64,000 bases of DNA from Candidatus Eiseniibacteriota bacterium (GTDB taxonomy: Bacteria > Eisenbacteria > RBG-16-71-46), in contig CAVSAC010000014.1 of the NCBI GenBank assembly GCA_963725865.1, forward strand, positions 1,472,001 through 1,536,000. The letters run 5' to 3'. Positions 1 through 9,822 of this stretch are shown here, in pieces. The position numbers and the translations under genes are program-made. Each line of letters begins with the position of its first letter. Within the stretch, counting starts at the first letter, position 1. Below the pieces are notes generated by a model. The model saw only the letters and a list, made by a program, of their open reading frames with translations, had not been told where the DNA came from and did no database searches.

Positions 1-856
1 CCGGACCGGCGCCCACGCCCGCGAACAGCACGTTCGTGATCGACCGGTTCATCGCCTTGCACATGAGAAGCGTGAGCAGGGTGCCGGACGCGCCCACCAG
101 GGTTCCGCTGATGATCAGCGCCGGCTGGCGGAGCGAGAAGCCGGTCGCCGCCACGGCGAGGCCGGTGAACGAGTTCAGCAGCGAGATCACGACCGGCATG
201 TCCGCGCCGCCGATCGGGATCACCATCAGGATCGCGAACACGAGCGAGACCGCGAGCAGCACGTAGAACGCCGTGGTGCCGGCGCCCATGCCGATCCACA
301 CGATCACGCCGATCAGGGCCAGGAAGATCAGCGCGTTGAGGATCCGCTGGAACGTCGAGGTGATCGCGCGCTCCATGAAGCCGCTGAGCTTGCCGAACGC
401 GAGCAGCGAACCCCAGAACGACAGCGAGCCGATGACGCCGCCGAACAGCGTGGCGCCGAACCCGAGCGGATCGACCGGCAGCCCGTCGGCCTTCGCGGTC
501 ATGAAGCTCGAGAACTCGACGGTCGAGATGAGCGCCGCCGCGCCGCCGCCGCATCCGTTGAGCAGCGCGACCATCTGCGGCATGTCGGTCATCGCCACAT
601 AGCGCGCGCCGAGCGTCCCGGCGAGCCCGCCGACGACGATACCGACGATGATGAGCACGCCCGCGTTCGAACCTTCCTTCAGCACGCCGCCACCCCAGAT
701 GAAGATGAACGACGCCACGATCGCGAACGCCATGCCGATCGCCGCGAGCTGGTTCCCGCGCCGCGCCTTCTTCGGGTGGCTGAGGAACTTGAGGCCGATG
801 ATGAACAGGAACGCCGAGGTCAGATAGGCGATGTCGGAGAGGATCTTCGGGCTCAT
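1..856 (-). CDS. pntB: NAD(P) transhydrogenase subunit beta (3' end runs off the window)
   Basis: Reverse strand from ATG at 856 reads MSPKILSDIAYLTSAFLFIIGLKFLSHPKKARRGN...MPQMVALLNGCGGGAAAL...PIGGADMPVVISLLNSFTGLA, which are hallmark PntB motifs. 4-bp overlap with the upstream pntA part 2. Confidence 0.96.
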   Translation of the reverse strand, partial: MSPKILSDIAYLTSAFLFIIGLKFLSHPKKARRGNQLAAIGMAFAIVASFIFIWGGGVLKEGSNAGVLIIVGIVVGGLAGTLGARYVAMTDMPQMVALLNGCGGGAAALISTVEFSSFMTAKADGLPVDPLGFGATLFGGVIGSLSFWGSLLAFGKLSGFMERAITSTFQRILNALIFLALIGVIVWIGMGAGTTAFYVLLAVSLVFAILMVIPIGGADMPVVISLLNSFTGLAVAATGFSLRQPALIISGTLVGASGTLLTLLMCKAMNRSITNVLFAGVGAGP

Positions 857-1161
857 GCCTTCCTCCCCGCCGACTTCTTGGTCTTGAACATCTCGAGCAT
901 GCGATCGGTCACGACGAACCCGCCGAACAGGTTCATGGCGCCCAGCACCACCGCCGCGAAGCCGAGCCACGTGAGCAGCGGCGTCTCGGCCTCGGCGAGC
1001 ACCAGCATGCCGCCGAGCATCACGATGCCGTGGATGGCGTTGGTGCCGGACATCAGCGGGGTGTGCAGCTGGACCGGCACCTTCGAGATCACTTCGAAGC
1101 CCACGAAGACCGCGAGCACGAAGATGTAGATGGAGTAGAGGATCAGGGTGCCTTCGTTCAT
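853..1161 (-). CDS. pntA: NAD(P) transhydrogenase subunit alpha, part 2 (membrane part)
   Basis: VISKVPVQLHTPLMSGTNAIHG and GGFVVTDRMLEMF motifs. Confidence 0.96.
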   Translation of the reverse strand: MNEGTLILYSIYIFVLAVFVGFEVISKVPVQLHTPLMSGTNAIHGIVMLGGMLVLAEAETPLLTWLGFAAVVLGAMNLFGGFVVTDRMLEMFKTKKSAGRKA

Positions 1162-2312
1162 GACGCCTTCCCCGCGACCGCCGGCTCCGGCGTCGCCGCA
1201 GCCGCCCGCGAAATGCAGGTGTCGCGAATGATGTCGTCCTCGAAATTGAGCTTGAGCTTGGCTTCCTTGTCGATCATCAGCTTGAGCAGTGCGTGCATGT
1301 TGCGCGAGTACATCTGGCTGGCGTGGAACGGCAGCGACCCGGCCGGGTTGATCGGGCCCATGATGGTGACGCCGTATTTCACGACGGTCTCGCCCGCCAC
1401 GGTCAGCTCGCAGTTGCCGCCCGTCTCCGCGGCGAGGTCGACGATCACCGAGCCCGGCCGCATCGACTTGACCATCGCCTCGGTCACCAGCACCGGCGCC
1501 TTCTTGCCCGGAATTGCGGCGGTCGTGATCACGACATCCGACTTGGCGACGTGGGTGGCCAGCAGCTCCTTGACGCGCTGCTGGTCCTCGGCCGACAGCT
1601 CCTTGGCGTAGCCGCCCGCGGCGACCACGTCCTTCTGCGCCAGCTCGAGCTGCACGAACTTGCCGCCGAGGCTCTCGACCTCCTCCTTCACAGCCGGTCG
1701 CACGTCGTACGCCGCGACGACGGCGCCCAGCTTGCGGCTCGTCGCCAGGGCCTCGAGGCCGGCGACGCCGGCGCCGAGCACGAACACGTTCGCGGGAGTG
1801 ATCGTGCCCGCCGCGGTCATCTTGAGCGGGAAGAACTTGCCCAGCGCGACCGCGCCCCAGAGCGCCGCCTTGTAGCCCGCCGCACCCGCCATGGACGACA
1901 GCGCGTCCATCGACTGCGCACGCGAAGTGCGCGGGATCATCTCCATGGAGAAAGCGGTGACGCGCCGCGCGGCCAGCTTCTGCACCGCGGGCGAGTCCTT
2001 GTCACGGCCGAGGAACGAGATGTAGACCGCTCCTTCGGGCACCAGGTCGGCCTCGTGCTTGCCCAGCCCGGGATTGTCCATCGGCTCGCGCACCTTCAGG
2101 ATCATGTCGCTGCCCTGATAGGTGGCCGGGGCGCTCGAAGCGATGGTCGCACCGGCCTGACGATAGGCGTCGTCGGGGAAGCCCGCGGCATCGCCGGCCC
2201 CGGTTTCCACGACGATTTCGAGCCCCGCCTTCGCGAGACGCGCGACGGTCTCGGGGACTAGGGCCACGCGGGTCTCGCGCGGCATGATCTCCTTCGGAAC
2301 ACCGATTCGCAT
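1158..2312 (-). CDS. pntA: NAD(P) transhydrogenase subunit alpha, part 1 (NAD-binding dI)
   Basis: MRIGVPKE..ETRVALVP, RAQSMDALSS, GAGVAGL, GGYAKE and DLAAETGGNC motifs. Confidence 0.96.
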   Translation of the reverse strand: MRIGVPKEIMPRETRVALVPETVARLAKAGLEIVVETGAGDAAGFPDDAYRQAGATIASSAPATYQGSDMILKVREPMDNPGLGKHEADLVPEGAVYISFLGRDKDSPAVQKLAARRVTAFSMEMIPRTSRAQSMDALSSMAGAAGYKAALWGAVALGKFFPLKMTAAGTITPANVFVLGAGVAGLEALATSRKLGAVVAAYDVRPAVKEEVESLGGKFVQLELAQKDVVAAGGYAKELSAEDQQRVKELLATHVAKSDVVITTAAIPGKKAPVLVTEAMVKSMRPGSVIVDLAAETGGNCELTVAGETVVKYGVTIMGPINPAGSLPFHASQMYSRNMHALLKLMIDKEAKLKLNFEDDIIRDTCISRAAAATPEPAVAGKAS

Positions 2313-2730
2313 GCGTCACACTCGTCGATTCGGGTTGAGGAACGTCTCTTGCAGGAAAAGCGGGGATGCTGACGGCCGCCATCTTGCACCACTCGTGCCG
2401 CGGACGGAAAGTGTGAGGAGCACGCGCGTGTGGTGTGGAGCGGCTCGGGTGGGGTGGTGTGAGGGAGCAGCGGCAGCAGCCTATCGCATGTCGCAAGGCC
2501 CATTTCCGCAGGGCCTGGGGGTGGTGGTGGCGAGGGTGGAGCACGCGCTCGCGATGGGATGGCCGATCGGGGGCCCCGCAGGTACCCAGGTGCTTCGGGG
2601 ACCCTCCTGCCTTTGTGTCAGTGATCCGCTCGGGTTGGCAGGTCGCTCGTCGCATCCGACGGGCATCTGCTAACGTCCGCGACCTCTCCGTGCGTACCCG
2701 AGCAGGCACTTTCGAGGAGGACCGGCAGCG

Positions 2731-3975
2731 ATGGCAGGCAGGGGCGACCGCATCCGCATGAAGCACCCGCTCGTCGAGATGGACGGCGACGAGATGACCC
2801 GCGTCATCTGGACGATGGTCAAGCAGCACCTGCTCGAGCCATTCGTCGAGTTGAACCTGGAACCGTACGACCTCTTCCTCCCGAACCGCGACGCCACCGA
2901 AGACGCGGTCACCGCGCGGGCCGCGGAGGCCATCAAGCGCCATCGCGTGGGCGTGAAGTGCGCCACCATCACCCCGGACGCCGCGCGGGTGAAGGAGTAC
3001 TCGCTCAAGAAGGCGTGGCCGAGCCCCAACGGCACCATCCGCGCGATCCTCGACGGTACCGTGTTCCGCAAGCCGATCGTGGTGAAGAACGTCCCGCCGA
3101 TGGTGCGCTCGTGGAAGAAGCCGATCACCATCGGCCGCCACGCCTACGGCGACGTGTACCGCGACGTCGAGCTCAAGGTGCCCGGTCCCGGGCACGTCGA
3201 GATGCGCTACATCCCGGCCGACGGCAGCCCGGGGCAGAGCGTGACGGTGTTCGACTTCGCCGGCCCCGGCGTCATCATGGGGCAGCACAACACCGACAAA
3301 TCGATCCGCTCGTTCGCGCGCGCCTGCATCGAGTACGCGCTGGCCGAGCGCATCGACATGTGGTTCGCGGCCAAGGACACGATCAGCAAGATCTACCACG
3401 CTCGCTTCAAGGAGGTCTTCCGCGAGGAGGTCGAGGCCCGCAAGGCCGACCTCGAGAAGGCCGGGATCACCTACCAGTACCTGCTGATCGACGACGCGGT
3501 CGCGCGCGTGATGCGCCACGAGGGCGGGTTCCTGTGGGCGTGCCGCAACTACGACGGCGACGTGATGAGCGACATGCTCGCTTCGGGCTACGGCAGCCTG
3601 GGGCTGATGACCTCGGTGCTGGTGTCGCCGGACGGCAACTTCGAGTACGAGGCCGCGCACGGCACCGTGCAGCGCCATTACTACCAGCACCAGAAGGGCG
3701 AGAAGACCTCGACCAACTCGACCGCGACCATCTTCGCGTGGTCGGGCGCGCTCGCGAAGCGCGGCGAGTTGGACGGCACGCCCGAGCTGACGCGGTTCGC
3801 CAAGCAGCTCGAGGCGGCGGTGATCGAGTCGATCGAGGCCGGCCAGGTCACGAAGGATCTGGCGCTGATCGCCGAGCCGAAGCCGGCGAACTGGCTCGAC
3901 ACCGAGGGTTTCATCACCGCGATCGCGGGGCGGTTGCGCGCTCGGGTCGCGGCCGAGGCCGCCGGCGCGCGCTGA
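2731..3975 (+). CDS. icd: NADP-dependent isocitrate dehydrogenase (eukaryote-like type II)
   Basis: [41 protein letters not shown] and [11 protein letters not shown] motifs. GAGGAGG RBS upstream. Confidence 0.97.
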   Translation: MAGRGDRIRMKHPLVEMDGDEMTRVIWTMVKQHLLEPFVELNLEPYDLFLPNRDATEDAVTARAAEAIKRHRVGVKCATITPDAARVKEYSLKKAWPSPNGTIRAILDGTVFRKPIVVKNVPPMVRSWKKPITIGRHAYGDVYRDVELKVPGPGHVEMRYIPADGSPGQSVTVFDFAGPGVIMGQHNTDKSIRSFARACIEYALAERIDMWFAAKDTISKIYHARFKEVFREEVEARKADLEKAGITYQYLLIDDAVARVMRHEGGFLWACRNYDGDVMSDMLASGYGSLGLMTSVLVSPDGNFEYEAAHGTVQRHYYQHQKGEKTSTNSTATIFAWSGALAKRGELDGTPELTRFAKQLEAAVIESIEAGQVTKDLALIAEPKPANWLDTEGFITAIAGRLRARVAAEAAGAR

Positions 3976-3990
3976 CGGGCCCCGCAGACC

Positions 3991-4023
3991 CGCGACCCCG
4001 GCGCGCGCTGCGCCGGAGTCGCG
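3991..4023. terminator. GC-rich hairpin between convergent icd and M4 peptidase genes
   Basis: cgcgaccccggcgc ... gcgccggagtcgcg inverted repeat with one mismatch. No U-tract. Confidence 0.35.
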
Positions 4024-4038
4024 TCGTCGGATGCCGCC

Positions 4039-6069
4039 TCAGGGGTGGATGGTGACCACTCCGCCGTCCGCCTGGAGCGTGAGCGGCTTGGCGAGCGGCG
4101 GGGACTCCAGGTAGGTCCCGGCGCGGACGACCAGCGTGCTGCCCGCCGGCACGCGCGATTGACCCAGCGACACCGTGCGATATGAGCCCGTGAGAAAGAC
4201 ACAACTCGGCAGGCCGGCCTCGAACGGGCAGATGCTCCCCTGATCGACGTAGAACGCCGATCCGGGTGCGGCGATCTCGACCGCCACGCAGGCGTTGTAG
4301 AGATCGCTCTGGTCCGCGTCGTTCCAGCCCAGGTTGACGGCCGCCTGCACCAGCGCGTTGTAGAGCTGGGTCCAGCCCGAGGTGGAATTCAACAGGTTGG
4401 TCTGCGCCTCGTAGTAGAGCCGCTCGACCATGGTCTGGCCGAGGCCGCGGATGGACTGGCCGTTGAACGTGTCGCCGTCGGTCAGCAGGTAGCAAAGCTT
4501 GTTGTTGACGCCGCTGTTCGTGTGCACCCCGCCGTTGTCGCCGTTGCCGTTGTAGTAGTTGGGGCTGCCGAGCCGGTCCGGGTGCCCCTTCAGCGTCGGG
4601 TTGCTCATGCTGCGCAGGTAGCCGATGGAAAGGTCCTCGCCGATCTGCCAGCGCACGTTCGCGGCGTCGTTGCCGCGCGGGTCGACGAAATCGAGGAACT
4701 CGCCGAACACGTCGGAGAGGGACTCGTTGATCGCGCCCGACGCCTTCGAGTACACGAGCCCCGACTCGAATTGCGTGACGCCGTGCGTGAACTCGTGCGC
4801 GGTCGCGTCGTCGATCACGAAGCCCGCGCCGAACTGGAACTGCTTGGCGTTGTTCAGCCACTGCGCGTTGGGCCACGGGCACTGCGCGTTCACGCCCCGC
4901 GAGCAGATCCGCGCCACCGCGATGATCGGCAGGCCGAGCCCGTCGACGCCGTCACGACCGAAGTGGGTCTGATAGTACGCATAGGTCTCGCCCATGATGT
5001 CGTACGCCAGATCCACGTCGCCGATGCCGCTGGCGCTCTGCCCCTCCGTGCGGCGCACGATCGGCGCGTTCAGCGTGTCGCCGTTGGCGTCGTAGATCGT
5101 GCGGTTGAGCGCCGTCTCGGCGGTCACGAACTCCTGCGCCAGCACTCCCGTCTGGGCGTCGAGCATCCACTGGGCGTGCAGGTCGGCGAGGTCGCCCGCC
5201 TCGACCTCGGCGTACCAGACCAGCATCGGGGGCCCGGTCGTCTCCAGCGTGGCGGGGTCGAACAACATCAGCACCGGCGGGCCGACTACCGAGGTCGCTG
5301 GCGCGCCGCGCTGGACCGCGAGGCCCTGCATCAATCCCATCGCCTGCGCCGCCCCGATCACCGGCGTGAGGGGCACCCCGCCCGCATCGAGGATCGAGGT
5401 GTCCGTGATCAGATCGCTGACCACCGACTGCACGCCGTTGTCCGCGCCCATCTGCACTGTGGCCTCGGCGCCGAACATCGGGATGCGGGCATAGGTCTCG
5501 CGCACGATCACGAACACCCGGCCGCCGCGATCCTTGACCCGCAGCGCCTCGAAGTCGACCGCGGGGCTGTGGATCCCGAACAGCGCCGCGTTCGCGCGCA
5601 TGAAGTCCACCGCCGCGGCCCCTGCGTCCGGACCTCCGGGCGACGTCGGCCCCGGCCCGAACTCCTGACCGGCCGGCGCGCCGAGATAGCCCAGCGCTCC
5701 GGACGCGGTCCACGTGGTACGCAGCACCGGCGCCGCGCCGGTGGGTGCCGCGCCCGGCGCGGGACGCAGGCGCTCCATCAGTGGCGCGAGCGCCGCCGCG
5801 TCGCCGCGCGGAGCCGGCGGTCGCGCCGCCACGAGCGAAGGACGTGCGATCGCCGCCGCCGCGGCCTGGGCGCTCGATCCGTCCGCCGCGTGCGCCGGCT
5901 GCGCAGCCGCCGCGGTCGCGGGGGCGGCGGCATCCGCCGGCCACGGCGGCCGCGCGGCGGACGCGGGTGCCGGAGGTGGCGCCAGCGTCGGCTGCGGCGG
6001 AGCGGGCGCTGCGGCCGCGAGCGACGCGATCAGCAGGAGCGCTCCCGCGCTCGCGAGGGCGCGGGTCAC
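4039..6069 (-). CDS. Secreted thermolysin-like M4 metallopeptidase (signal peptide, Pro/Ala linker, FTP/PepSY-like propeptide, catalytic domain, short C-terminal module)
   Basis: AHEFTHG, SGAINESLSD and DNGGVHTNSG motifs. Likely GTG start at 6069 overlaps the stop of the upstream gene and is followed by a hydrophobic signal peptide. Confidence 0.9.
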   Translation of the reverse strand: MTRALASAGALLLIASLAAAAPAPPQPTLAPPPAPASAARPPWPADAAAPATAAAAQPAHAADGSSAQAAAAAIARPSLVAARPPAPRGDAAALAPLMERLRPAPGAAPTGAAPVLRTTWTASGALGYLGAPAGQEFGPGPTSPGGPDAGAAAVDFMRANAALFGIHSPAVDFEALRVKDRGGRVFVIVRETYARIPMFGAEATVQMGADNGVQSVVSDLITDTSILDAGGVPLTPVIGAAQAMGLMQGLAVQRGAPATSVVGPPVLMLFDPATLETTGPPMLVWYAEVEAGDLADLHAQWMLDAQTGVLAQEFVTAETALNRTIYDANGDTLNAPIVRRTEGQSASGIGDVDLAYDIMGETYAYYQTHFGRDGVDGLGLPIIAVARICSRGVNAQCPWPNAQWLNNAKQFQFGAGFVIDDATAHEFTHGVTQFESGLVYSKASGAINESLSDVFGEFLDFVDPRGNDAANVRWQIGEDLSIGYLRSMSNPTLKGHPDRLGSPNYYNGNGDNGGVHTNSGVNNKLCYLLTDGDTFNGQSIRGLGQTMVERLYYEAQTNLLNSTSGWTQLYNALVQAAVNLGWNDADQSDLYNACVAVEIAAPGSAFYVDQGSICPFEAGLPSCVFLTGSYRTVSLGQSRVPAGSTLVVRAGTYLESPPLAKPLTLQADGGVVTIHP

Positions 6070-7630
6070 TGCAGGCTCACGAGCACCAGCACGAGTCCGG
6101 TGCCCGCCTCCAGCGTCGACATCGCCTTGCCGAGGATCGCGCCGCCCGCGCGGTCGCGGTCGAGCGCGCGCATCGCGTGGCCCGCGCGCGGCGAGGTGGT
6201 GAGCAGGTCGCCCGCGCGGATCGGAGCCGCGCTCGCGTCGCACTTCACCCACACGCGGCCGCTGAGCGCGAGGGGCACGGTGCGGGCCGGATCCGGCTGG
6301 TCGCCGAGCGTCACGCCCGCGCCCAGCGCGTTCGCGCCGCTGACCACGCCCGCCACGCGCGCGCAGTACGCCTCGCGGCAGACCTCGAGCCGGCCGGGCG
6401 CCGCGGCGTCGATCGCCATCACCGTGCCGGGCTCGGCGGCCGGAACGCACTCGAAGCGTTCGGCGAGGTCGGCGCCGCCGAGGATCTGGAGCGTGCGCAC
6501 CTGCGCGATGCCGTCCACGCGCAGCGAGGCGCCGCCGGGCGCGGTGTTGAAGAAGTAGCCGCCCCATCCCGACGGCTGCGTCGCGATGCCCACCACGCCG
6601 CTCTTGGCGTCGCCGTTCGAACGGCCCACCACGGCGTCGTTGCGTTCGCTGATGCCGAGCACCCCGAGCGCGTTCTGCGAGGAGTAGCCGAACACCGCCT
6701 GCGAGTTCGCATCGGTGGTCTCGTTGCGTCCGAGCACGCCGCTGCTGGCGGCGACCGAGGTCTGGCCGAACACGCCCGCGAAACCGGCGGCGCTGCTGGT
6801 GCCATACACGCCCCACGCCTCGCCGCTGGTGGCGTAGAGCGCGGTGCTGTGGAAGCTGCTCGCGTACACCCCGATGTCGTAGCTGCTGATGCCGTAGACG
6901 CCCTTGCCGGTGGTCGAAGTGCCGTACACGCCGTAGTTCGTGCCCTTGCCGCTCACGCCGTAGGGCCCCCCTTCGCCATAGACGCCGACCCACGCGCCGT
7001 CGCCCTCGACGCCGAAGCCGGTGGGGCTCTGGAGCGCTTTGCCCTGGACGCCGATCACGCTGCTGGCCGTGCCGGTGGCCTCGCCGAGGATCGCCGGCGC
7101 GGAGAGCCCGGTCGACGCGCTGCGTCCGGTGATCGCGGGAGAAGTGCCGGTGGTGGCGCCGTTCGCGATCGTGAACGAGCTGCCGCCCGGGCGTGGTGCT
7201 GCGCGCCGGTGAACGGCAGCGTGAGCCCGCCGCCGCCGCCGTTGAGCGCGAACTGCGCGTAGGGCGTCGCCGTCACCGGCTGGCGCGGCGCCAGCGTGGT
7301 GAATCCCAGATCGCCCGGGCCCTGCACCGCGATCTCGATCGAGCGCCCGTTGCCGTCGAATGCGCCCGAGCCGAAGTCGAGCGAGACGGTGAACAGTCCC
7401 ATCGAGACCGCGACGTTGTTGATGGTCTGGGTGACTCCGACCTGGACCGCCGGTGAGCCGTCGTTGAAGAGCTTGAACTGCAGGTTGTAGGTGCCGGTCG
7501 CCGGCGTGCCGTTCTTGAGCACCTGGCCCTGGTAGGTGAACGCGGTTCCCACGGGGGCGGCCAGCGCGTGGCTCGCGAGCAGCGCGCTCGCGAGGGTGAT
7601 CGTGCAGACGAGACGGGACGCGCGGATCAT
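6066..7630 (-). CDS. Secreted fibre-like protein with Gly-rich GVxG repeats and a C-terminal chaperone/peptidase-G2-like domain; apparent frameshift near 7195
   Basis: N-terminus MIRASRLV...AFTYQGQV...PRQPVTATPYA lies in one frame. The GVYG repeats and GGADLAERF...VAGVVS...LALSGRVWVK...GDLLTTS...GKAM lie in another frame. The two frames join at about 7190-7200. Confidence 0.7.
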
Positions 7631-8193
7631 CGGGCACCTCCATCGGGACCGAGCAGGACGATCTTGGTCGTGGCGCTGGACTCGCCGGCTTCGACCTGGG
7701 TGAAGTACATGCCGGCCGGCACCCGGCGCTGGCCGGCGTCGCCGCCGTCCCAGCGCACGAGGTGGCGGCCCGCGGGCCGCGTGCCGTCGAGCAGCACGCG
7801 CACCAAATGGCCGGTGACGTCGAAGACCCGCACGCTCACGTGGCGCTCGGCGGGCAGGTCGAACGCGATGGTGGAGGCACCGGCGGCGGGATTGGGGAAC
7901 GGCGGGTAGAGCCGGAACGCGACCGGCACCGCATCCGGCAGCGCCGGCGCGTCGAGCGTGTGGACGCCCGTCACCCAGAAGCCGCCGCTGAGCGCGTACA
8001 CCCCGCCGGCCAGCCGGCCCGCGTCGGCCTGCGCGATGGTTCCACTCAGCGCGTAGGCGCCGGCGGAGCTGGAGCCCCCGCCGCCATCGAACGTGTTCCA
8101 GCTCAGGTCGTAGGGGCCGCCGCTCTGCGCGCGCACCGCGCCGGGGGCGACGAGCGCGAGGGCCGTCAGTAGAAGGAGGGGGCGGGTTCGCAT
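7627..8193 (-). CDS. Small secreted protein with WNTFDGGG...SGTIAQ...GGFW domain and C-terminal FlgD-Ig/T9SS-type domain
   Basis: Signal peptide MRTRPLLLL...AVRA-Q. C-terminal PNP...IAFDL...VFDVTGHLVRVL...WDG...AGMYF. GGAGG RBS before ATG at 8193. Confidence 0.8.
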   Translation of the reverse strand: MRTRPLLLLTALALVAPGAVRAQSGGPYDLSWNTFDGGGGSSSAGAYALSGTIAQADAGRLAGGVYALSGGFWVTGVHTLDAPALPDAVPVAFRLYPPFPNPAAGASTIAFDLPAERHVSVRVFDVTGHLVRVLLDGTRPAGRHLVRWDGGDAGQRRVPAGMYFTQVEAGESSATTKIVLLGPDGGAR

Positions 8194-8408
8194 GGAGCCT
8201 CCGGGGTCGTGGGGAAACCGAAGCGGCCACCCGGAGAAATGCCGCCCACGCCGCGAAGCGCACACGCGGTCCGCCAGGGTGGGCACTCGGCGCGCCCGGA
8301 GACGGACGGAGGCGGGGCGCTACCGCCCATCGCCGCGCCCCCGTCGATGACGGCGGCCCGGAAATCGCGTGGCGCTCGTCCGCTCAGCGTGCGACCATTC
8401 TCGCCGTC

Positions 8409-8813
8409 ATGGAACGTTCCTTCCCCCGGACCTTCGACGCGTTGGACGACCTGTTCGAGTTCGTGGACGCGGCACTCGCCGAGGCGGGCATCGAGCCCGA
8501 TCGGGCGCCTCACGTGGCCCTGTTGCTGGAGGAGTTGTTCACGAACCAGGTCAAGTACGCGCGCGACGGCCGCCACCCGATCCAGGTCGACCTGAGGCGG
8601 AAAGGTGAGCGGCTGGTGCTCGTTCTGAAGGATCCCGGCGTGAAGCCCTTCGAGCCGGACCTCGCCCCCGATCCGGGTATCGACCGACCCATCGGGGAGC
8701 GGCGCGCCGGCGGTCTGGGGCTCCATCTCGTCCGACGCATCGCCGAGGACCTGCGCGTCGAGCGCAGGGACGGCGACGCCGTCATCACTGCGACCATCGC
8801 CCTGGAGTACTGA
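8409..8813 (+). CDS. Anti-sigma regulatory factor / RsbW-like ATP-binding protein
   Basis: EELFTNQVKYA (N-box), DPGVKPF and GGLGLHLV motifs of HATPase_c_2. Confidence 0.88.
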   Translation: MERSFPRTFDALDDLFEFVDAALAEAGIEPDRAPHVALLLEELFTNQVKYARDGRHPIQVDLRRKGERLVLVLKDPGVKPFEPDLAPDPGIDRPIGERRAGGLGLHLVRRIAEDLRVERRDGDAVITATIALEY

Positions 8814-9097
8814 TGCTCGACATCGAGGTGAAGGAGGACGGGCAGGTGCGGCTGGTGGGTCGGCTCGATGCCTCCCAGGCCGACCTTGCTCAGAAGGCGC
8901 TGGCCCGGCTGAAGGGTCCGCTGGTGCTCGACTGCGGCGCGCTCGACTACATCTCGAGCGCCGGCATCGGCGTTCTGGTCGAGACCTACAAGCGCATGGT
9001 GGGGGCGGGCTCGTCCCTGCGCATCATCCGGCTCACCCCCCGGGTCCGCAGTGTCCTCGCGCTCGCCAACCTGGACCGTGTGCTGACGCTGGAGTGA
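8813..9097 (+). CDS. STAS-domain anti-anti-sigma factor (RsbV/SpoIIAA-like)
   Basis: GRLD...LDYISSAGIGVL with the phosphorylatable Ser. Start overlaps the rsbW-like stop. Confidence 0.9.
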   Translation: MLDIEVKEDGQVRLVGRLDASQADLAQKALARLKGPLVLDCGALDYISSAGIGVLVETYKRMVGAGSSLRIIRLTPRVRSVLALANLDRVLTLE

Positions 9098-9240
9098 CGG
9101 CGGCACGGTCCGGGGTCCACCCCGGCCGCGACCGCCGCAAAAGTCCCTCGACATCACTCTCCACAGGCCTATCCTCGGCTCCGCGCGGGGCCCCTCCACG
9201 CCCCAAGCCCACGCCCCCCCGGCTGCGCAGGACCACGTCC

Positions 9241-9276
9241 ATCCCCATCCAACCTTTCTGGCGGGTCCCTGTACTT
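9241..9276 (+). promoter_or_regulatory. Putative ECF-dependent promoter, copy 1 (CAACC-N15-TGTA)
   Basis: atccccatCCAACCTTtctGGCGggtCCcTGTactt. Same motif and spacing as the copy at 10606-10640. Confidence 0.5.
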
Positions 9277-9822
9277 ATGGACAAGGAGCAGGACGCAGCG
9301 CTGGTGCGGCGCACCCTCGACGGCGAGCGGAACGCGTTCGGCGAGCTGGTGCAGGCGTACCAGGGGGTGCTCTACAACGTGGCGCTCCGGATGGTGAACG
9401 AGCCCGAGGATGCCAAGGACCTGGTCCAGACCACGTTCCTCAAGGCGTATCGGGCGCTCGCCACCTTCGATCCGAGCCACCGGTTCTTCAGCTGGATCTA
9501 CCGGATCCTGCTGAACGAGACGCTCAACCTGCTCCAACGGAGGCGCCCCAGCGAGGAGGTCCGCGAGGACCTCGCCGACCCGGGGCCCACCCCCGAGGAC
9601 GCGTGTCAGAGTGAGCAGGTCGGGGCCATCGTGCGGAGCGCGCTCATGGAGCTGTCGCCGGGACATCGCGAGGTACTGGTGCTGAGGCACCTGCTGCGTC
9701 TGTCTCACCGGGACGCGAGCGAGGCGATCGGCATCCCCGAGCAGACCGTGAAGTCGCGCCTCCACGAGGCGCGTCGGGCGCTGGGTGCGGTGCTGCGCCG
9801 GCGCGGGATGGGCTTCGAATGA
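9277..9822 (+). CDS. ECF RNA polymerase sigma factor
   Basis: AFGELVQAY, DAKDLVQTTFLKAY, FFSWIYRI and TVKSRLHEAR (sigma regions 2 and 4). Start taken at ATG 9277. Confidence 0.93.
   Translation: MDKEQDAALVRRTLDGERNAFGELVQAYQGVLYNVALRMVNEPEDAKDLVQTTFLKAYRALATFDPSHRFFSWIYRILLNETLNLLQRRRPSEEVREDLADPGPTPEDACQSEQVGAIVRSALMELSPGHREVLVLRHLLRLSHRDASEAIGIPEQTVKSRLHEARRALGAVLRRRGMGFE

Noticed and set aside
2313..2730. Possible riboswitch or ncRNA in the pnt-icd spacer
   Set aside because: No recognisable aptamer consensus by eye. An Rfam/Infernal scan would be needed.
6066..7630. Tail-fibre-like gene as evidence of a prophage
   Set aside because: It has a Sec signal peptide, and no capsid, terminase or integrase genes are present.
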